This document shows, piece after piece, positions 44,023 to 54,127 of a DNA stretch of 64,000 bases. The position numbers were made by a program, and so were the translations under genes. The notes under the pieces are model-generated. The model worked only from the letters and a program-made list of their open reading frames with translations. It ran no database searches and was not told the DNA's origin. This stretch comes from an uncultured beta proteobacterium (GTDB lineage Bacteria > Pseudomonadota > Gammaproteobacteria > Burkholderiales > SG8-39). Positions within the stretch are counted from its first letter, which is position 1, and every line of letters starts with the position of its first letter. The stretch lies in the NCBI GenBank assembly GCA_963762785.1, contig CAVXND010000079.1, positions 11,638 to 75,637 on the forward strand. Direction: 5' to 3'.

Positions 44023-46845
44023 ATGGAACTCGCGAAGAGCTTCGATCCGGCCGCGATCGAGTCGCGCTGGTACGCCGAGTGGGAGCGCCGCGGCTACTTC
44101 GCCGCCGGGCTGGACGCCGGCAAGCCCGCGTTCTGCATCCAGCTGCCGCCGCCGAACGTGACCGGCGTGCTGCACATGGGCCACGCGTTCAACCAGACGA
44201 TCATGGACGCGCTCACCCGCTATCACCGGATGCGCGGCTTCAACACGCTCTGGCTGCCGGGCACCGACCACGCCGGGATCGCGACGCAGATCGTGGTCGA
44301 GCGCCAGCTCGAGGCGCGAGGGCACCTCGCGCGAGCAGCTCGGGCGCGAGAAGTTCGTCGAGCAGGTGTGGGCAGTGGAAGGAGCAGTCCGGCTCGACGA
44401 TCACCGAGCAGATGCGCCGGCTCGGCGCGTCCTGCGACTGGGCTCGCGAGTACTTCACGATGGACCCGAAGCTCTCGCGCGTCGTCACCGAGACGTTCGT
44501 GCGGCTCTACGAGCAGGGGCTCATCTACCGCGGCAAGCGGCTCGTGAACTGGGACCCGGTGCTGCTCACCGCGGTGTCCGACCTCGAGGTGGAGAGCGAG
44601 GAGGAGGACGGCAGCCTCTGGCACATCACGTATCCGTTCGCGGGCGGTCCGATCGGCGGGCTTGCGCGGTCTCACCGTGGCGACCACCCGCCCCGAGACG
44701 ATGCTCGGCGACGTCGCGGTGGCGGTGAATCCGGAGGACGAGCGCTACAAGCACCTGATCGGCAAGCGCGTCGTCCTGCCGCTCGCCGACCGCGAGATCC
44801 CGGTCATCGGCGACGCCTACGTCGACAAGGAGTTCGGCACCGGCGCGCTGAAGATCACGCCCGCGCACGACTTCAACGACTACCAGGTCGGGCAGCGGCA
44901 CGGGCTGCCGCAGATCGGCGTCCTCACGCTCGATGCGAAGATCAACGACAACGCGCCGGCGAAGTACCGCGGGCTGGATCGCTACGACGCCCGCAAGCGC
45001 ATCGTCGAGGACCTGAAGGCGCTCGGCCTCCTCGAGTCGGTCAAGCCGCACCGGATGACGGTGCCGCGCTGCGGCCGCACCGGTGCGGTCGTGGAGCCGA
45101 TGCTGACCGACCAGTGGTTCGTCGCGATGTCGAAGCCCGCGCCCGAGGGCACGCTCTTCCCCGGCCGGTCGATCGGCGGCGTCGCGCTCGACGTCGTGAC
45201 CGAGGGCAAGGTCAGGTTCTTCCCCGAGAACTGGGTCAACACCTACAACCAGTGGCTCACCAACATCCAGGACTGGTGCATCTCGCGCCAGCTCTGGTGG
45301 GGCCACCAGATTCCGGCGTGGTACGACGACGCCGGCCGGATCTACGTCGCCCGCGACGAGGCGGCGGCGAGCGCGCAGGCGCGCGCGGCCGGATTCACCG
45401 GGGCGCTGCGGCGCGACCCGGACGTGCTCGACACCTGGTTCTCCTCGGCGCTCGTCTGCCACTCGACGCTCGGCTGGCCCGACCCGCAGGGCGACGACCG
45501 GAAGGCGTACGAGCTCTATCTCCCCTCCTCGGTGCTCGTCACCGGCTACGAGATCATCTTCTTCTGGGTCGCGCGGATGATCATGATGACGACCCACTTC
45601 ACCGGCCGGGTGCCGTTCAGCGACGTGTACATCCACGGCATCGTCCGCGACCACGACGGCGCGAAGATGTCGAAGTCCGAGGGCAACGTCATCGACCCGG
45701 TCGACCTGATCGACGGCATCGCGCTCGAGCCGCTGCTGGAGAAGCGGACGACCGGCCTCCGCCGCCCGGAGACGGCGCCGCTCGTGCGCGAGCGCACGAA
45801 GAAGGAGTTCCCGGAGGGCATTCCCGCCTACGGCGCCGACGCGCTGCGCTTCACGATGGCGGCGTACGCGACGCTCGGCCGCAACGTCAACTTCGACTTC
45901 AAGCGCTGCGAGGGCTACCGCAACTTCTGCAACAAGCTCTGGAACGCGACGCGGTTCGTCCTCATGAACACCGAGGGCAAGGACTGCGGGCAGGACGAGG
46001 CGAAGCCGGTGACGCTGTCGTTCGTCGATCGCTGGATCGTGAGCCGGCTGCAGCGCACCGAGGCCGAGGTCGAGAAGGCGTTCGCCGACTACCGTCTCGA
46101 CAACGTCGCAACCGCGATCTACCGCTTCGTGTGGGACGAGTACTGCGACTGGTACGTCGAGCTCGCGAAAGTCCAGCTCCAGGGCGGCGACGAGGCGCAG
46201 CAACGCGGCACGCGCCGGACGCTCGTGCGCGTGCTCGAGACGGTGCTGCGGCTCGCGCACCCGGTCATCCCGTTCATCACCGAGGAGCTGTGGCAGAAGG
46301 TGGCCGGCCTCGCCGGGAAGACCGGCGAGAGCATCGTGGTCGCGCGCTATCCGAAGTCGGAGCCGGCGAAGATCGACGAGGCCGCCGAGCGCGAGGCGGA
46401 CACGCTGATGGCGCTGACCAACGCCTGCCGGAACCTCCGGAGCGAGATGAACCTCTCGCCGGGCGAGCGGGTGCCGGTGCTCGTCGAGGGCGACCAGGGG
46501 CGGCTCGCACCGCTCTTCCCGTACCTCCAGTTCCTCGGGCGGCTGTCCGAGGCGACGGTGGTGGCGCAGCTGCCCGACCTCGACTCGCCGGTGGCGGTGG
46601 TGGGCGACACGCGACTGATGCTGAAGATCGAGATCGACGTGGCCGCCGAAGTCGCACGGCTCGAGAAGGAGGCCGCGCGCCTCAAGGGCGAGGTGGTCAA
46701 GGCCGAAGCGAAGCTCGGGAACAAGAGCTTCGTCGAGCGCGCGCCGGCGGCAGTGGTCGCCCAGGAGCGCGAACGGCTCGCGAGCTTCCAGTCGACGCTC
46801 GAGAAGGTCCTGGCGCAGCTCGAGCGCCTCAAAGCGAAGGCCTGA
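44023..46845 (+). CDS. valS: Valyl-tRNA synthetase; three apparent +1 shifts (near 44317, 44375, 44667)
   Basis: HIGH motif [14 protein letters not shown]. ...QLEA|[19 protein letters not shown]|[22 protein letters not shown]...GGLA|[15 protein letters not shown]... KMSKS is present, and there is a C-terminal coiled coil ...[15 protein letters not shown]. Confidence 0.92.
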
Positions 46846-46856
46846 CCCTCCGTCCG

Positions 46857-48124
46857 ATGCATCCCGCGCTGCGAGCGTTCCGCTATCGCAGCTTCCGCCT
46901 CTTCTACGCCGGCCAGGGGCTGTCGATCCTCGGCACCTGGATGCAGACGATCGCGACGAGCTGGCTCGTGTACCGGCTCACCGGCTCGGCGTTCATGCTC
47001 GGTCTCGCCACCGCGGCGCTGCAGTTCCCGATGCTGTTCGTCGCGCCGGTCGCCGGCGTCTGGGCCGACCGCGTCGACCGGCGGCGGATGCTGATCGTCG
47101 TCCAGGCGCTCGCCTCGGTCCAGGCGCTCGGGCTCGCCGCCCTCACCTGGACCGGCGTCGTGCAGGTGTGGCACGTGCTCGCGTTCTCGCTCCTCCTCGG
47201 CACGATCAACGCGTTCGAGACGCCCACCCGGCAGGCGTTCCTGCTCGACATGGTCGAGAACAAGTCGGACCTGCCGAACGCGATCGCGCTGCAGTCGATG
47301 CTCTTCAACAGCGCGCGGTTCGTCGGGCCGACGATCGCCGGCGTCGTGCTGGCGTTCGCCGGCGAGGCGCTCTGCTTCCTGCTGAACTCGATCTCCTATC
47401 TGGCGGTCGTCGTGGCCTACCTGCTCGTCCGCGTCGCCGCGCGCGCGCCCGCCGCCGAGCACGAAGCCGCTCGTGCACGAGCTCCTCGCCGGCTTCCGCT
47501 ACGCCTTCGGCGAGCCCGCGATGCGGCGCCTGATCCTGCTCCTCGCCGCGCTCTCGCTCTTCACCGCGCCGTGGCAGTCGCTGATGCCGATCTACGCCGG
47601 CGAGACCTTCGCCGGCGACTCGAAGACGCTCGGGCCTGCTGATCGGCGCGGTGGGCCTCGGCGCGCTCGCCGCGACCGGCTTTCTCGCGATGCGGCCGAG
47701 CGTCCGCGGGCTGGGGCGGATCATCAGGTCCGCGGGGCTCGTCGCCGCGCTCGCCCTGACCGGGTTTGCGCTGTCGCACTACTTCTGGCTCTCGCTCGTG
47801 CTGCTCGCCGCGTTCGGCTGCGGGCTGATCGCGACGGTCGCGTCCACCAACACCATCCTGCAGACGATCGCCGACGACGACAAGCGCGGCCGGATCATCA
47901 GCATCTACGTCATGACCTTCCTCGGGCTCGCGCCGATCTCGAACTTCGTCGCCGGCGCCGTCGCCCAGGCGATCGGCGCGCACTGGGCGATCTTCGGCTG
48001 CGGCGTCGGTCTCACGCTCGCCACCGGCCTGTTCGCGCTCAACTACGAGAGCTGGCGGCGATCGATCCGCCCGATCTACATCAAGCAGGGGATCATCCCG
48101 CCCCCGCCGACCGAGACGCACTAG
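46857..48124 (+). CDS. MFS transporter (EntS/MFS_3-like); two apparent +1 shifts (near 47463, 47635)
   Basis: [44 protein letters not shown]...[13 protein letters not shown]...|[25 protein letters not shown]...DSKTLG|[16 protein letters not shown]... 422 codons after correction. Confidence 0.7.
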
Positions 48125-48296
48125 GGGCGCCGCACCACGACCCCCGCTCCTGCTCGACCCAGGCGGGCACTCTGCCCTCCGGGCCGACCTGCGGTTCGGG
48201 CGCGGCGGTCTCGACGACCAGCGCGGCGAACACGGCGGCGAGCGCGGCCATGGCGGCCGATGCGACCGCGAATGCGACTTGTTCCACGACGACCAT
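48093..48296 (-). CDS. Possible small hydrophobic protein (67 aa)
   Basis: GAGGAGATCGGGA precedes ATG 48296: MVVVEQVAFAVASAAMAALAAVFAALVVETAAPEP... The 3' end overlaps the MFS gene end and may be affected by indels. Confidence 0.25.
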   Translation of the reverse strand: MVVVEQVAFAVASAAMAALAAVFAALVVETAAPEPQVGPEGRVPAWVEQERGSWCGAPSASRSAGAG

Positions 48297-48421
48297 TCCC
48301 GATCTCCTCGACGCAAAGCGCAACGACGCCATTGCACGCTGCCGGTCGGGAAGCGGAGAGGATGCGGGCGGGCATGGCCGCGGCGGAATGTGGCGAAAGC
48401 GATGGCGAGTGTGTCGCGGCC

Positions 48422-48704
48422 TTACTTCCGGACGAGCTCGGCGAGGGCCGTGACAGCAGCCTTTGCGGCCGCGCTGACGGTCTCCTCGTCGTCGACCGGC
48501 GGGAGCGCGAAGTACCGCTCGGCGACCGTGACGGCGGCCAGCACCAGCGTCGCGAACACCAGCGTCCAGGTCGCCCATACCAGCCTCTTTGCATAGCGCT
48601 CCGACGCGGATCGCCGCCTTGGCGAGCGCATCCGCGAGGCGATCGAGCGACTGCGTCAGCTGGTCCCCGTGCCCGGGCGTCTGGTCCAGGTCGCTGTCAG
48701 TCAT
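48422..48704 (-). CDS. Small single-pass membrane protein (~93 aa); one apparent +1 shift near 48597
   Basis: GGAGAG lies 10 nt before ATG 48704. MTDSDLDQTPGHGDQLTQSLDRLADALAKAAIRVGA|YAKRLVWATWTLVFATLVLAAVTVAERYFALPPVDDEETVSAAAKAAVTALAELVRK* (second part = ORF 48422..48631). Confidence 0.4.
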
Positions 48705-48946
48705 GGGCGCAAAGCTCTCCGAGTCAAGCCGCGAAAGCGCGGCGGCGCAATCACACCACGATCGCGAAGGCAGTTGAAGACGCTCGCGCGGCGCGGGTCG
48801 TAGTTCCTGCGCCCGGCAGGACGGCAAGTGCCTGAAATGCAAGGGCGCTGGCAGATCGTGGCAAAAGGATGGCTTTCGCGCACCGCCGGGCGGAGCCCGC
48901 AGCATCGCTGGTGTATAGTCGCCGCGACCTCCTCACCTTCCTCCGC

Positions 48947-49639
48947 ATGAGCCGCCGCATCGCCATCGTCGAGGACGACGCCGCCATCCGCGAGAACGTC
49001 GCCGACACGCTCCGCCGCCAGGGTTACGAGATCGCCGCCCACGCCGACCGCGCACAGGCGCTCGCGGCGTTCCAGGGACGCCTGCCGGATCTCGCCATCG
49101 TCGACATCGGGCTCGGCACCGACGTCGACGGCGGCTTCACGCTGGTGCGCGAGCTGCGCGCGATGTCGGCGGAGCTGCCGATCATCTTCCTCACCGCGCG
49201 CGACAGCGACTTCGACCTCGTCGCCGGCCTGCGGCTCGGCGCCGACGACTACCTCACCAAGAACATCAGCATGCCGCACCTGCTCGCGCGCATCGCCGCG
49301 CTCTTCCGGCGGAGCGACGTGCTGCGCTCGCCGCCGAAGAGCGAGGAGACGGTCGACCGGGGGTCGCTGCGCCTCGACCTCAAGCGCATGACCGCCGCCT
49401 GGCGCGGCCAGCCGGTGGACCTCACGCTGACCGAGTTCTGGATGGTGCACGCGCTCGCGAAGTACCCCGGCCACGTCAAGAACCGCGACAGCCTCATGTC
49501 GGACGCGAATCTGGTGGTCGACGACGCGACGGTCACCTCGCACATCAAGCGGATCCGCAAGAAGTTCGTCGCCGTCGACCCCGCGTTCGACGCGATCGAC
49601 ACCGTCTACGGCATGGGGTACCGCTGGGTATCGGGCTGA
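48947..49639 (+). CDS. OmpR/PhoB-family response regulator
   Basis: ORF 48869..49639, with the start at ATG 48947: MSRRIAIVEDDAAIRENV...DLAIVDIGL...IIFLTARDSDFDLVAGLRLGADDYLTK. Winged helix ...LTLTEFWMVHALAKYPGHVKNRDSL...YGMGYRW. Confidence 0.82.
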   Translation: MSRRIAIVEDDAAIRENVADTLRRQGYEIAAHADRAQALAAFQGRLPDLAIVDIGLGTDVDGGFTLVRELRAMSAELPIIFLTARDSDFDLVAGLRLGADDYLTKNISMPHLLARIAALFRRSDVLRSPPKSEETVDRGSLRLDLKRMTAAWRGQPVDLTLTEFWMVHALAKYPGHVKNRDSLMSDANLVVDDATVTSHIKRIRKKFVAVDPAFDAIDTVYGMGYRWVSG

Positions 49640-49701
49640 GTCGGCGCCGGCGCTTTCCCTGAGCGGAACGCACGACGGACGACCAGCTAGACTCGGCGCC
49701 G

Positions 49702-51362
49702 ATGCAGACGAGGGTTTCCGACGCTCCTGCCGCTCCCCGCGCGCGGCTCTCGATCCGCGCGAAGGTCGTGCTCGTCTCGCTCGTCCTCGCGGCGATCCCG
49801 TTCGTCGGCTACGGCTACGTGCGCGAGATGGAGAACATCCTGCGCGCGGCCCAGGAGCAGCGGGTGATCGCCACCGCGCGCGCGGTCGCGACCGCGCTCC
49901 ACGACCGGCCGCGGCTGCTCGAGTTCAGGGTCGAGGAGGACGGCTCGAGCCGCCGCCCCGCCGCGCGCGCGGCGACGCAGGAGATCGAGCAGATCCTCGT
50001 CGGCCTGCGGCGCGCGAGCTCGCGGATCTTCGTGATCGACCAGCAGCGGCGCCTGCTCGCGGTGGCCGGCAGCCTGCGCCAGGATCCGCCGGCGGAGCCC
50101 GCCGACCCGGGCGGCGCGTGGAACTGGGTCCAGTCGCGGCTGGCTCCGCCCGCTCTGGGCGCACCTCCTCGAGCGCCCGCCCGAGGACTTCGACGACGCG
50201 ATCCCCGAGGAGCTGCTCTCCGGCGGCAAGGAGGTCGACGCCGCGCTCTCCGGCGTGCCCGCTTCGCGCTGGCGCCCGACGCCCGACGGCCGCGCGGTGG
50301 TGCTCGGCGCGGCGCACCCGATCTGGAGCGGCACCGAGGTGATCGGCGCCGTCGTCGCCGAGGAGACGACGAACAGCGTGCTCACGCTCAGGAACCGCGT
50401 GTTCGAGCAGCTGCTGACGGTCACGCTCGCGGTGTTCGTGCTCGGCGCCGGCACGCTGTTCGTGTTCGCCTCGCGCCTCTCGGGCCGGCTGCGGCGGCTG
50501 CGCGACGAGGCCGAGCAGGCGATCGACCCGCGCGGCCGCGTGCAGCGCGGCTTCCGCGCGAGCGGCGACTCGGACGAGATCGGCGACCTCTCGCGCAGCT
50601 TCGCCACCGCGGTCGACCGGCTCACCGAGTACAACGAGTATCTCGAGCGGATGGCCGATCGCCTGTCGCACGAGCTGCGCACGCCGATCGCGGTGGTCGG
50701 CTCGTCGCTCGACAACCTGCGCACCCGCGACATCCCGCGGGACGCCCAGGTCTACATCGCCCGCGCCGAGGAAGGCGTGCGCCGACTGAACGCGGTGCTC
50801 ACGCGCATGAGCGAGGCGACGCGGCTCGAGCAGACCTTGCGCACGACCGAGCGCGAGCGGTTCGACCTCGGGCGCGTCGTCTCGGGGTGCGTCGCCGGCT
50901 ATACCGCGGCCTTCCCGCAATCGCAGTTCGAGCTGCGGCTGCCGGAGCGGCGGGTCGAGATCGACGGCTCGCCGGACCTCGTCGCGCAGCTCCTCGACAA
51001 GCTGGTCGACAACGCGCGCGACTTCGCGACCGCAGGCGAGCCGATCGCGATCGCGCTCGACGCGGACGGGGCGACGGCCCGGCTGTCGGTCTCGAACGTG
51101 GGCCCGCCGCTCCCGGCGGCGATGGCCGATCGGCTCTTCGAGTCGATGGTCTCGGTCCGGGCGCCGGGCGCGAAGACCGATTCGCCGGCGAAGCCGCGGG
51201 GCGAACCCCATCTCGGCCTCGGCCTCTTCATCGTGCGGCTGATCGCCGAGTTCCACGGCGGGAGCGCACGCGCGCGCAACCGCGAGGACGTCGGCGGCGT
51301 GACGGTCGAAGTGAGCTTTCCCGATCGCCGGGCCCACGGCTGCCGGCGGTCAGCCCGTCTGA
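49702..51362 (+). CDS. Sensor histidine kinase (N-terminal TM/periplasmic sensor, HAMP, HisKA, HATPase); two apparent +1 shifts (near 50144, 51317)
   Basis: ...AKVVLVSLVLAAIPFVGYGYVREMENILRAAQEQRV... (ChvG-like Sensor_TM1 pattern, from memory) |RPLWAHLLERPPEDFDDAIPEEL...; H-box MADRLSHELRTPIAVVGSSLDNL; LLDKLVDNARDFA; SVSNVGPPLP; GLGLFIVRLIAEFHGG. The inferred end is ...VEVSF|PIAGPTAAGGQPV* (TGA 51360-51362). As written the ORF runs on to 52030. Confidence 0.7.
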
Positions 51363-51402
51363 GTCTGCGTCGGCACCCCACTACGTGCCGGCGGGCCGCG
51401 CC

Positions 51403-51591
51403 TTACTTTTGCTGGTCGGCCTGCTCCCGCCGCTCGTCGGCGGATTTCTGCAGCACGTCGCCCACGCCCTTCGCCTTGTCCATCGCCTGCCGCTGGCTCT
51501 TGATGATGTCGGGCGGCGGCTCCTTCGGCTTCGAGTCGCAGCCGGCGATCGCCACGATCGCTGCCGCAATCAGGAACGGCCCTGGGCGCAT
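51403..51591 (-). CDS. Small lipoprotein (62 aa)
   Basis: ORF 51403..51591 has the lipobox MRPGPFLIAAAIVAIAGC, then a charged helical region. Confidence 0.55.
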   Translation of the reverse strand: MRPGPFLIAAAIVAIAGCDSKPKEPPPDIIKSQRQAMDKAKGVGDVLQKSADERREQADQQK

Positions 51592-51606
51592 GTCGTCCTC
51601 CGCTCG

Positions 51607-52104
51607 CTACAGCTCGAGACTGTCGCGGATCGCCGCGATGCCCGCGGCGGCGCAGACGTCGTCTTCCTTCCCGCCCGGCGCGCCCGAAACGCCGATCCCG
51701 CCGAGGATCGAGCCGGCGGCCTCGATCATCAGGCCGCCACCCGCGGCGACCACGCCCGGACGGTTCCGGATCCCGCTCTGCGGCGACGCGCCCTGCGTCG
51801 CCTGGGCGAGGTCGGTGGTATTCGTGCGGAAGCTCACCGCAGTCCAGGCCTTGTCGCGCGCCATCTCGACGGTGTGCGGGCCGGCGAACCGGTCGCGGAG
51901 CACGACCTGCACGACGCCCATCCGGTCGACCACCGCGACGGTTGCCTGGAAGCCGTTCGCGCGGCATCGCGCGAGCGCGGCCTGCGCCGCCTTGAGCGCC
52001 GTCTCCGGGGTGAGCACGCGCACGCTGTAGGTCGCATCCTGCGCGGCCGCGGTCGCGGCGAACGCGGACGCTGCGAGGACCAGCGCGCGGCGCGAGGCGC
52101 TCAC
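51607..52104 (-). CDS. GlcG/HbpS-like (DUF336) protein with signal peptide
   Basis: GTG 52104 (GTGA overlap with the tusA stop) lies inside ORF 51607..52368. Signal VSASRRALVLAASAFAATAAAQ; ...AVVDRMGVVQVVLRD...AAGGGLMIEAAGSILGGIGVSGAPGGKEDDVCAAAG. Confidence 0.65.
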   Translation of the reverse strand: MSASRRALVLAASAFAATAAAQDATYSVRVLTPETALKAAQAALARCRANGFQATVAVVDRMGVVQVVLRDRFAGPHTVEMARDKAWTAVSFRTNTTDLAQATQGASPQSGIRNRPGVVAAGGGLMIEAAGSILGGIGVSGAPGGKEDDVCAAAGIAAIRDSLEL

Positions 52105-52328
52105 TTCTTCTTCATGAAGAACGTGAACTCCTTGCCCGCCGCGGAGTGCGAGAGGAGATCGTTGCCGGTCTGCTTCGAGAACGCCTGGAAGTCCTTCACC
52201 GATCCGGGGTCGGTGGCGACGATGCGCAGCACCTGACCCGCCGTCATCTCGGCGAGCGCCTTCTTCGCCCGCAGGATCGGCAGCGGGCAGTTGAGCCCGC
52301 GGGTGTCGAGATCCTTGTCGAAGTCCAT
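52101..52328 (-). CDS. tusA: TusA-family sulfurtransferase
   Basis: ORF 52101..52328: DTRGLNCPLPILRAKKAL (CPxP active-site Cys), 75 aa. GGAGGAA precedes the ATG. Confidence 0.78.
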   Translation of the reverse strand: MDFDKDLDTRGLNCPLPILRAKKALAEMTAGQVLRIVATDPGSVKDFQAFSKQTGNDLLSHSAAGKEFTFFMKKK

Positions 52329-52427
52329 GACTCGTTCCTCCGTCTCTTTGTATGGCCGGTGGCGGCATTCGCCGCTGGCCGAGGGGCGGCGGTCAATATA
52401 GCAGACCCGCCCGCCGCACTCCGCCCC

Positions 52428-53369
52428 TCACGATATGCGCTGGTAGTAGAGGTTCTGCGGATGGTTCGCCTGCGCGAAGAAGAACCACCGCTCGGCGAGG
52501 AGGCCCGCGTACTGGACGAGGAACGCCGCGACGAGCAGCGCCGGGACCTGCCACGCGAGGCCGGCGGCGAGCAGCGCGAGCGGCACCGGGAAGACGGCGA
52601 CGAGGAACGTCCACTTGATCGACCGCACGAACGCCTGCGAGGCGCCGTGGAAGAACTCGCGGGTGTTGAACGAGCCGCCCATGAACCCCTGCGAGGTCTG
52701 CACGATCCGCGGGTGCTTCACGCCGATCGCGGTCTGCAGCGTCGATTTCGGCTTGAGCCGCGCGTTGCGGGCGAGGCTCGCGGCGCGCGTGACGAGGACC
52801 GCGAGCGTGAGCCCGGCGGCCCACGCCGCCAGCGGCCGGACGAGCGCCGGCTCGACGAGCGCCGCGAAGCCGGTCGCCAGCATGAGCCCGGACGCGCAGC
52901 CGAAGAGCGCATAGTTGACGATCGTGAGCGGCGAGTGCCATTCCTGCAGGAAGCGGAGGCAGGCGTAGATCATGCCGGTGCAGACGAAGAGCGCCGCGCA
53001 CAGGAGGATTCCGAGCGCACCGATCGCGAGCGTGCCGAGCGGACCCGACGCCGGCCAGCCGAGCGCGTGACCCAACCCGTACGCGGCGACGCACGCCATG
53101 AACGCCGGCAGCACGATCACCTCCCGCGACAGCCACGACGTGCGCCACATCGCGACCGCGCGCCAGGCGCGCTCGGGATGCCCGAGGTGGAAGAACGAGG
53201 CGACCAGTCCCGCGGCAAGGAAGCCGAACGCGAGCGCCGCACCGACGCGGTAGAACGCCGCGCCCGCCGGAACGAGGTCGAGGGCCTGCACCGCGACGAG
53301 CGCCGCGAAGAGCCCCTGCCCGACGCCGATGAGCGTCGTGAGGAGGATCACCGACCAGGCCGGGCGCAC
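52428..53369 (-). CDS. soeC: Membrane anchor subunit of Mo-bisPGD enzyme (DmsC/NrfD type), SoeC-like
   Basis: 3' part of ORF 52428..54092, from GTG 53369: (M)RPAWSVILLTTLIGVGQGLFAALVAV... It is polytopic, about 313 aa, and directly follows soeB. Confidence 0.65.
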   Translation of the reverse strand: MRPAWSVILLTTLIGVGQGLFAALVAVQALDLVPAGAAFYRVGAALAFGFLAAGLVASFFHLGHPERAWRAVAMWRTSWLSREVIVLPAFMACVAAYGLGHALGWPASGPLGTLAIGALGILLCAALFVCTGMIYACLRFLQEWHSPLTIVNYALFGCASGLMLATGFAALVEPALVRPLAAWAAGLTLAVLVTRAASLARNARLKPKSTLQTAIGVKHPRIVQTSQGFMGGSFNTREFFHGASQAFVRSIKWTFLVAVFPVPLALLAAGLAWQVPALLVAAFLVQYAGLLAERWFFFAQANHPQNLYYQRIS

Positions 53370-53395
53370 GCCGTCGCCTCCACTCGCGCCAGCGG

Positions 53396-54127
53396 CTACC
53401 AGGACGTCACGTCGTCGAGCGACGGGTCCTTCAGCGCCGGCTTCGGCAATCGGCCGTCGATCTTGAGCGGGTTGTCGACGCGCTCGAGATCTTCGGCGCG
53501 GACCTTGATCTCGGTCTTCCGGCGCGGGAGATAGTGGTTCGCCGGATGCGTGCCCCACTCCGGCATCAGCTGGTAGCCGCCCGCATCCTGGATCGCCCGC
53601 GACACCTCCGACTGCGGGTCGTGGATGTCGCCGAAGAGCCGCGCGTTCGTCGGGCACGCCATCACGCACGCCGGCTTGCGGTCCGCAGGGGGCAGCAGCT
53701 CGTCGTAGATCCGGTCGACGCAGAGCGTGCACTTCTTCATCACCTTCTGGTGCTCGTCCACCTCGCGCACGCCGTACGGACACGCCCACGCGCAGTACTT
53801 GCAGCCGATGCACTTGTCGTAGTCGACCAGGACGATGCCGTCCTCGGCGCGCTTGTAGCTCGCGCCGGTCGGGCAGACCGGCACGCAGGGCGGATCCTCG
53901 CAGTGCAGGCACGACTTCGGGAAGTGCACCGTCTGCGTGTTCGGATACTCGCCGGCCTCGAAGCTCTGCACGCGGTTGAAGAACGTCCCGGTCGGATCCT
54001 TCCCGTACGGGTTGTCGTCCGAGAGGAAGCCGGCCGCGCCGGAGGTGTTCCACTCCTTGCAGCTCGTCACGCACGCGTGACAGCCGACGCACACGTTGAG
54101 GTCGATCACCAACGCCAGCTGAGTCAT
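53396..54127 (-). CDS. soeB: Four-cluster Fe-S subunit, SoeB-like
   Basis: ATG 54127 (ATGA overlap with the soeA stop) lies inside the fused ORF 53396..57076: MTQLALVIDLNVCVGCHACVTSCKEWN, CLHCEDPPCVPVCPTGA, CIGCKYCAWACPYG, CTLCVDR...CVMACP. Confidence 0.72.
   Translation of the reverse strand: MTQLALVIDLNVCVGCHACVTSCKEWNTSGAAGFLSDDNPYGKDPTGTFFNRVQSFEAGEYPNTQTVHFPKSCLHCEDPPCVPVCPTGASYKRAEDGIVLVDYDKCIGCKYCAWACPYGVREVDEHQKVMKKCTLCVDRIYDELLPPADRKPACVMACPTNARLFGDIHDPQSEVSRAIQDAGGYQLMPEWGTHPANHYLPRRKTEIKVRAEDLERVDNPLKIDGRLPKPALKDPSLDDVTSW

Noticed and set aside
44619-47174. Isolated TGGCAC hexamers inside valS (44619-44624) and the MFS gene (47169-47174), considered as additional sigma54 promoters.
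   Set aside because: Both lie inside coding sequence and lack a GC dinucleotide at the required 10-nt spacing. They are expected by chance at this base composition.
48947-51362. Naming the regulator-kinase pair a dedicated-sortase (PdsR/PdsS) system.
   Set aside because: The resemblance is from memory only, and no sortase or sorting-signal substrate gene is present in the window.
52329-52427. A possible -24/-12 element or terminator in the soeC-tusA gap (GGCCAGCGGCGAATGCC, and an imperfect hairpin).
   Set aside because: The GG-to-GC spacing is off by two, and the hairpin is imperfect with no U-run. I therefore keep tusA provisionally in the soe transcription unit.
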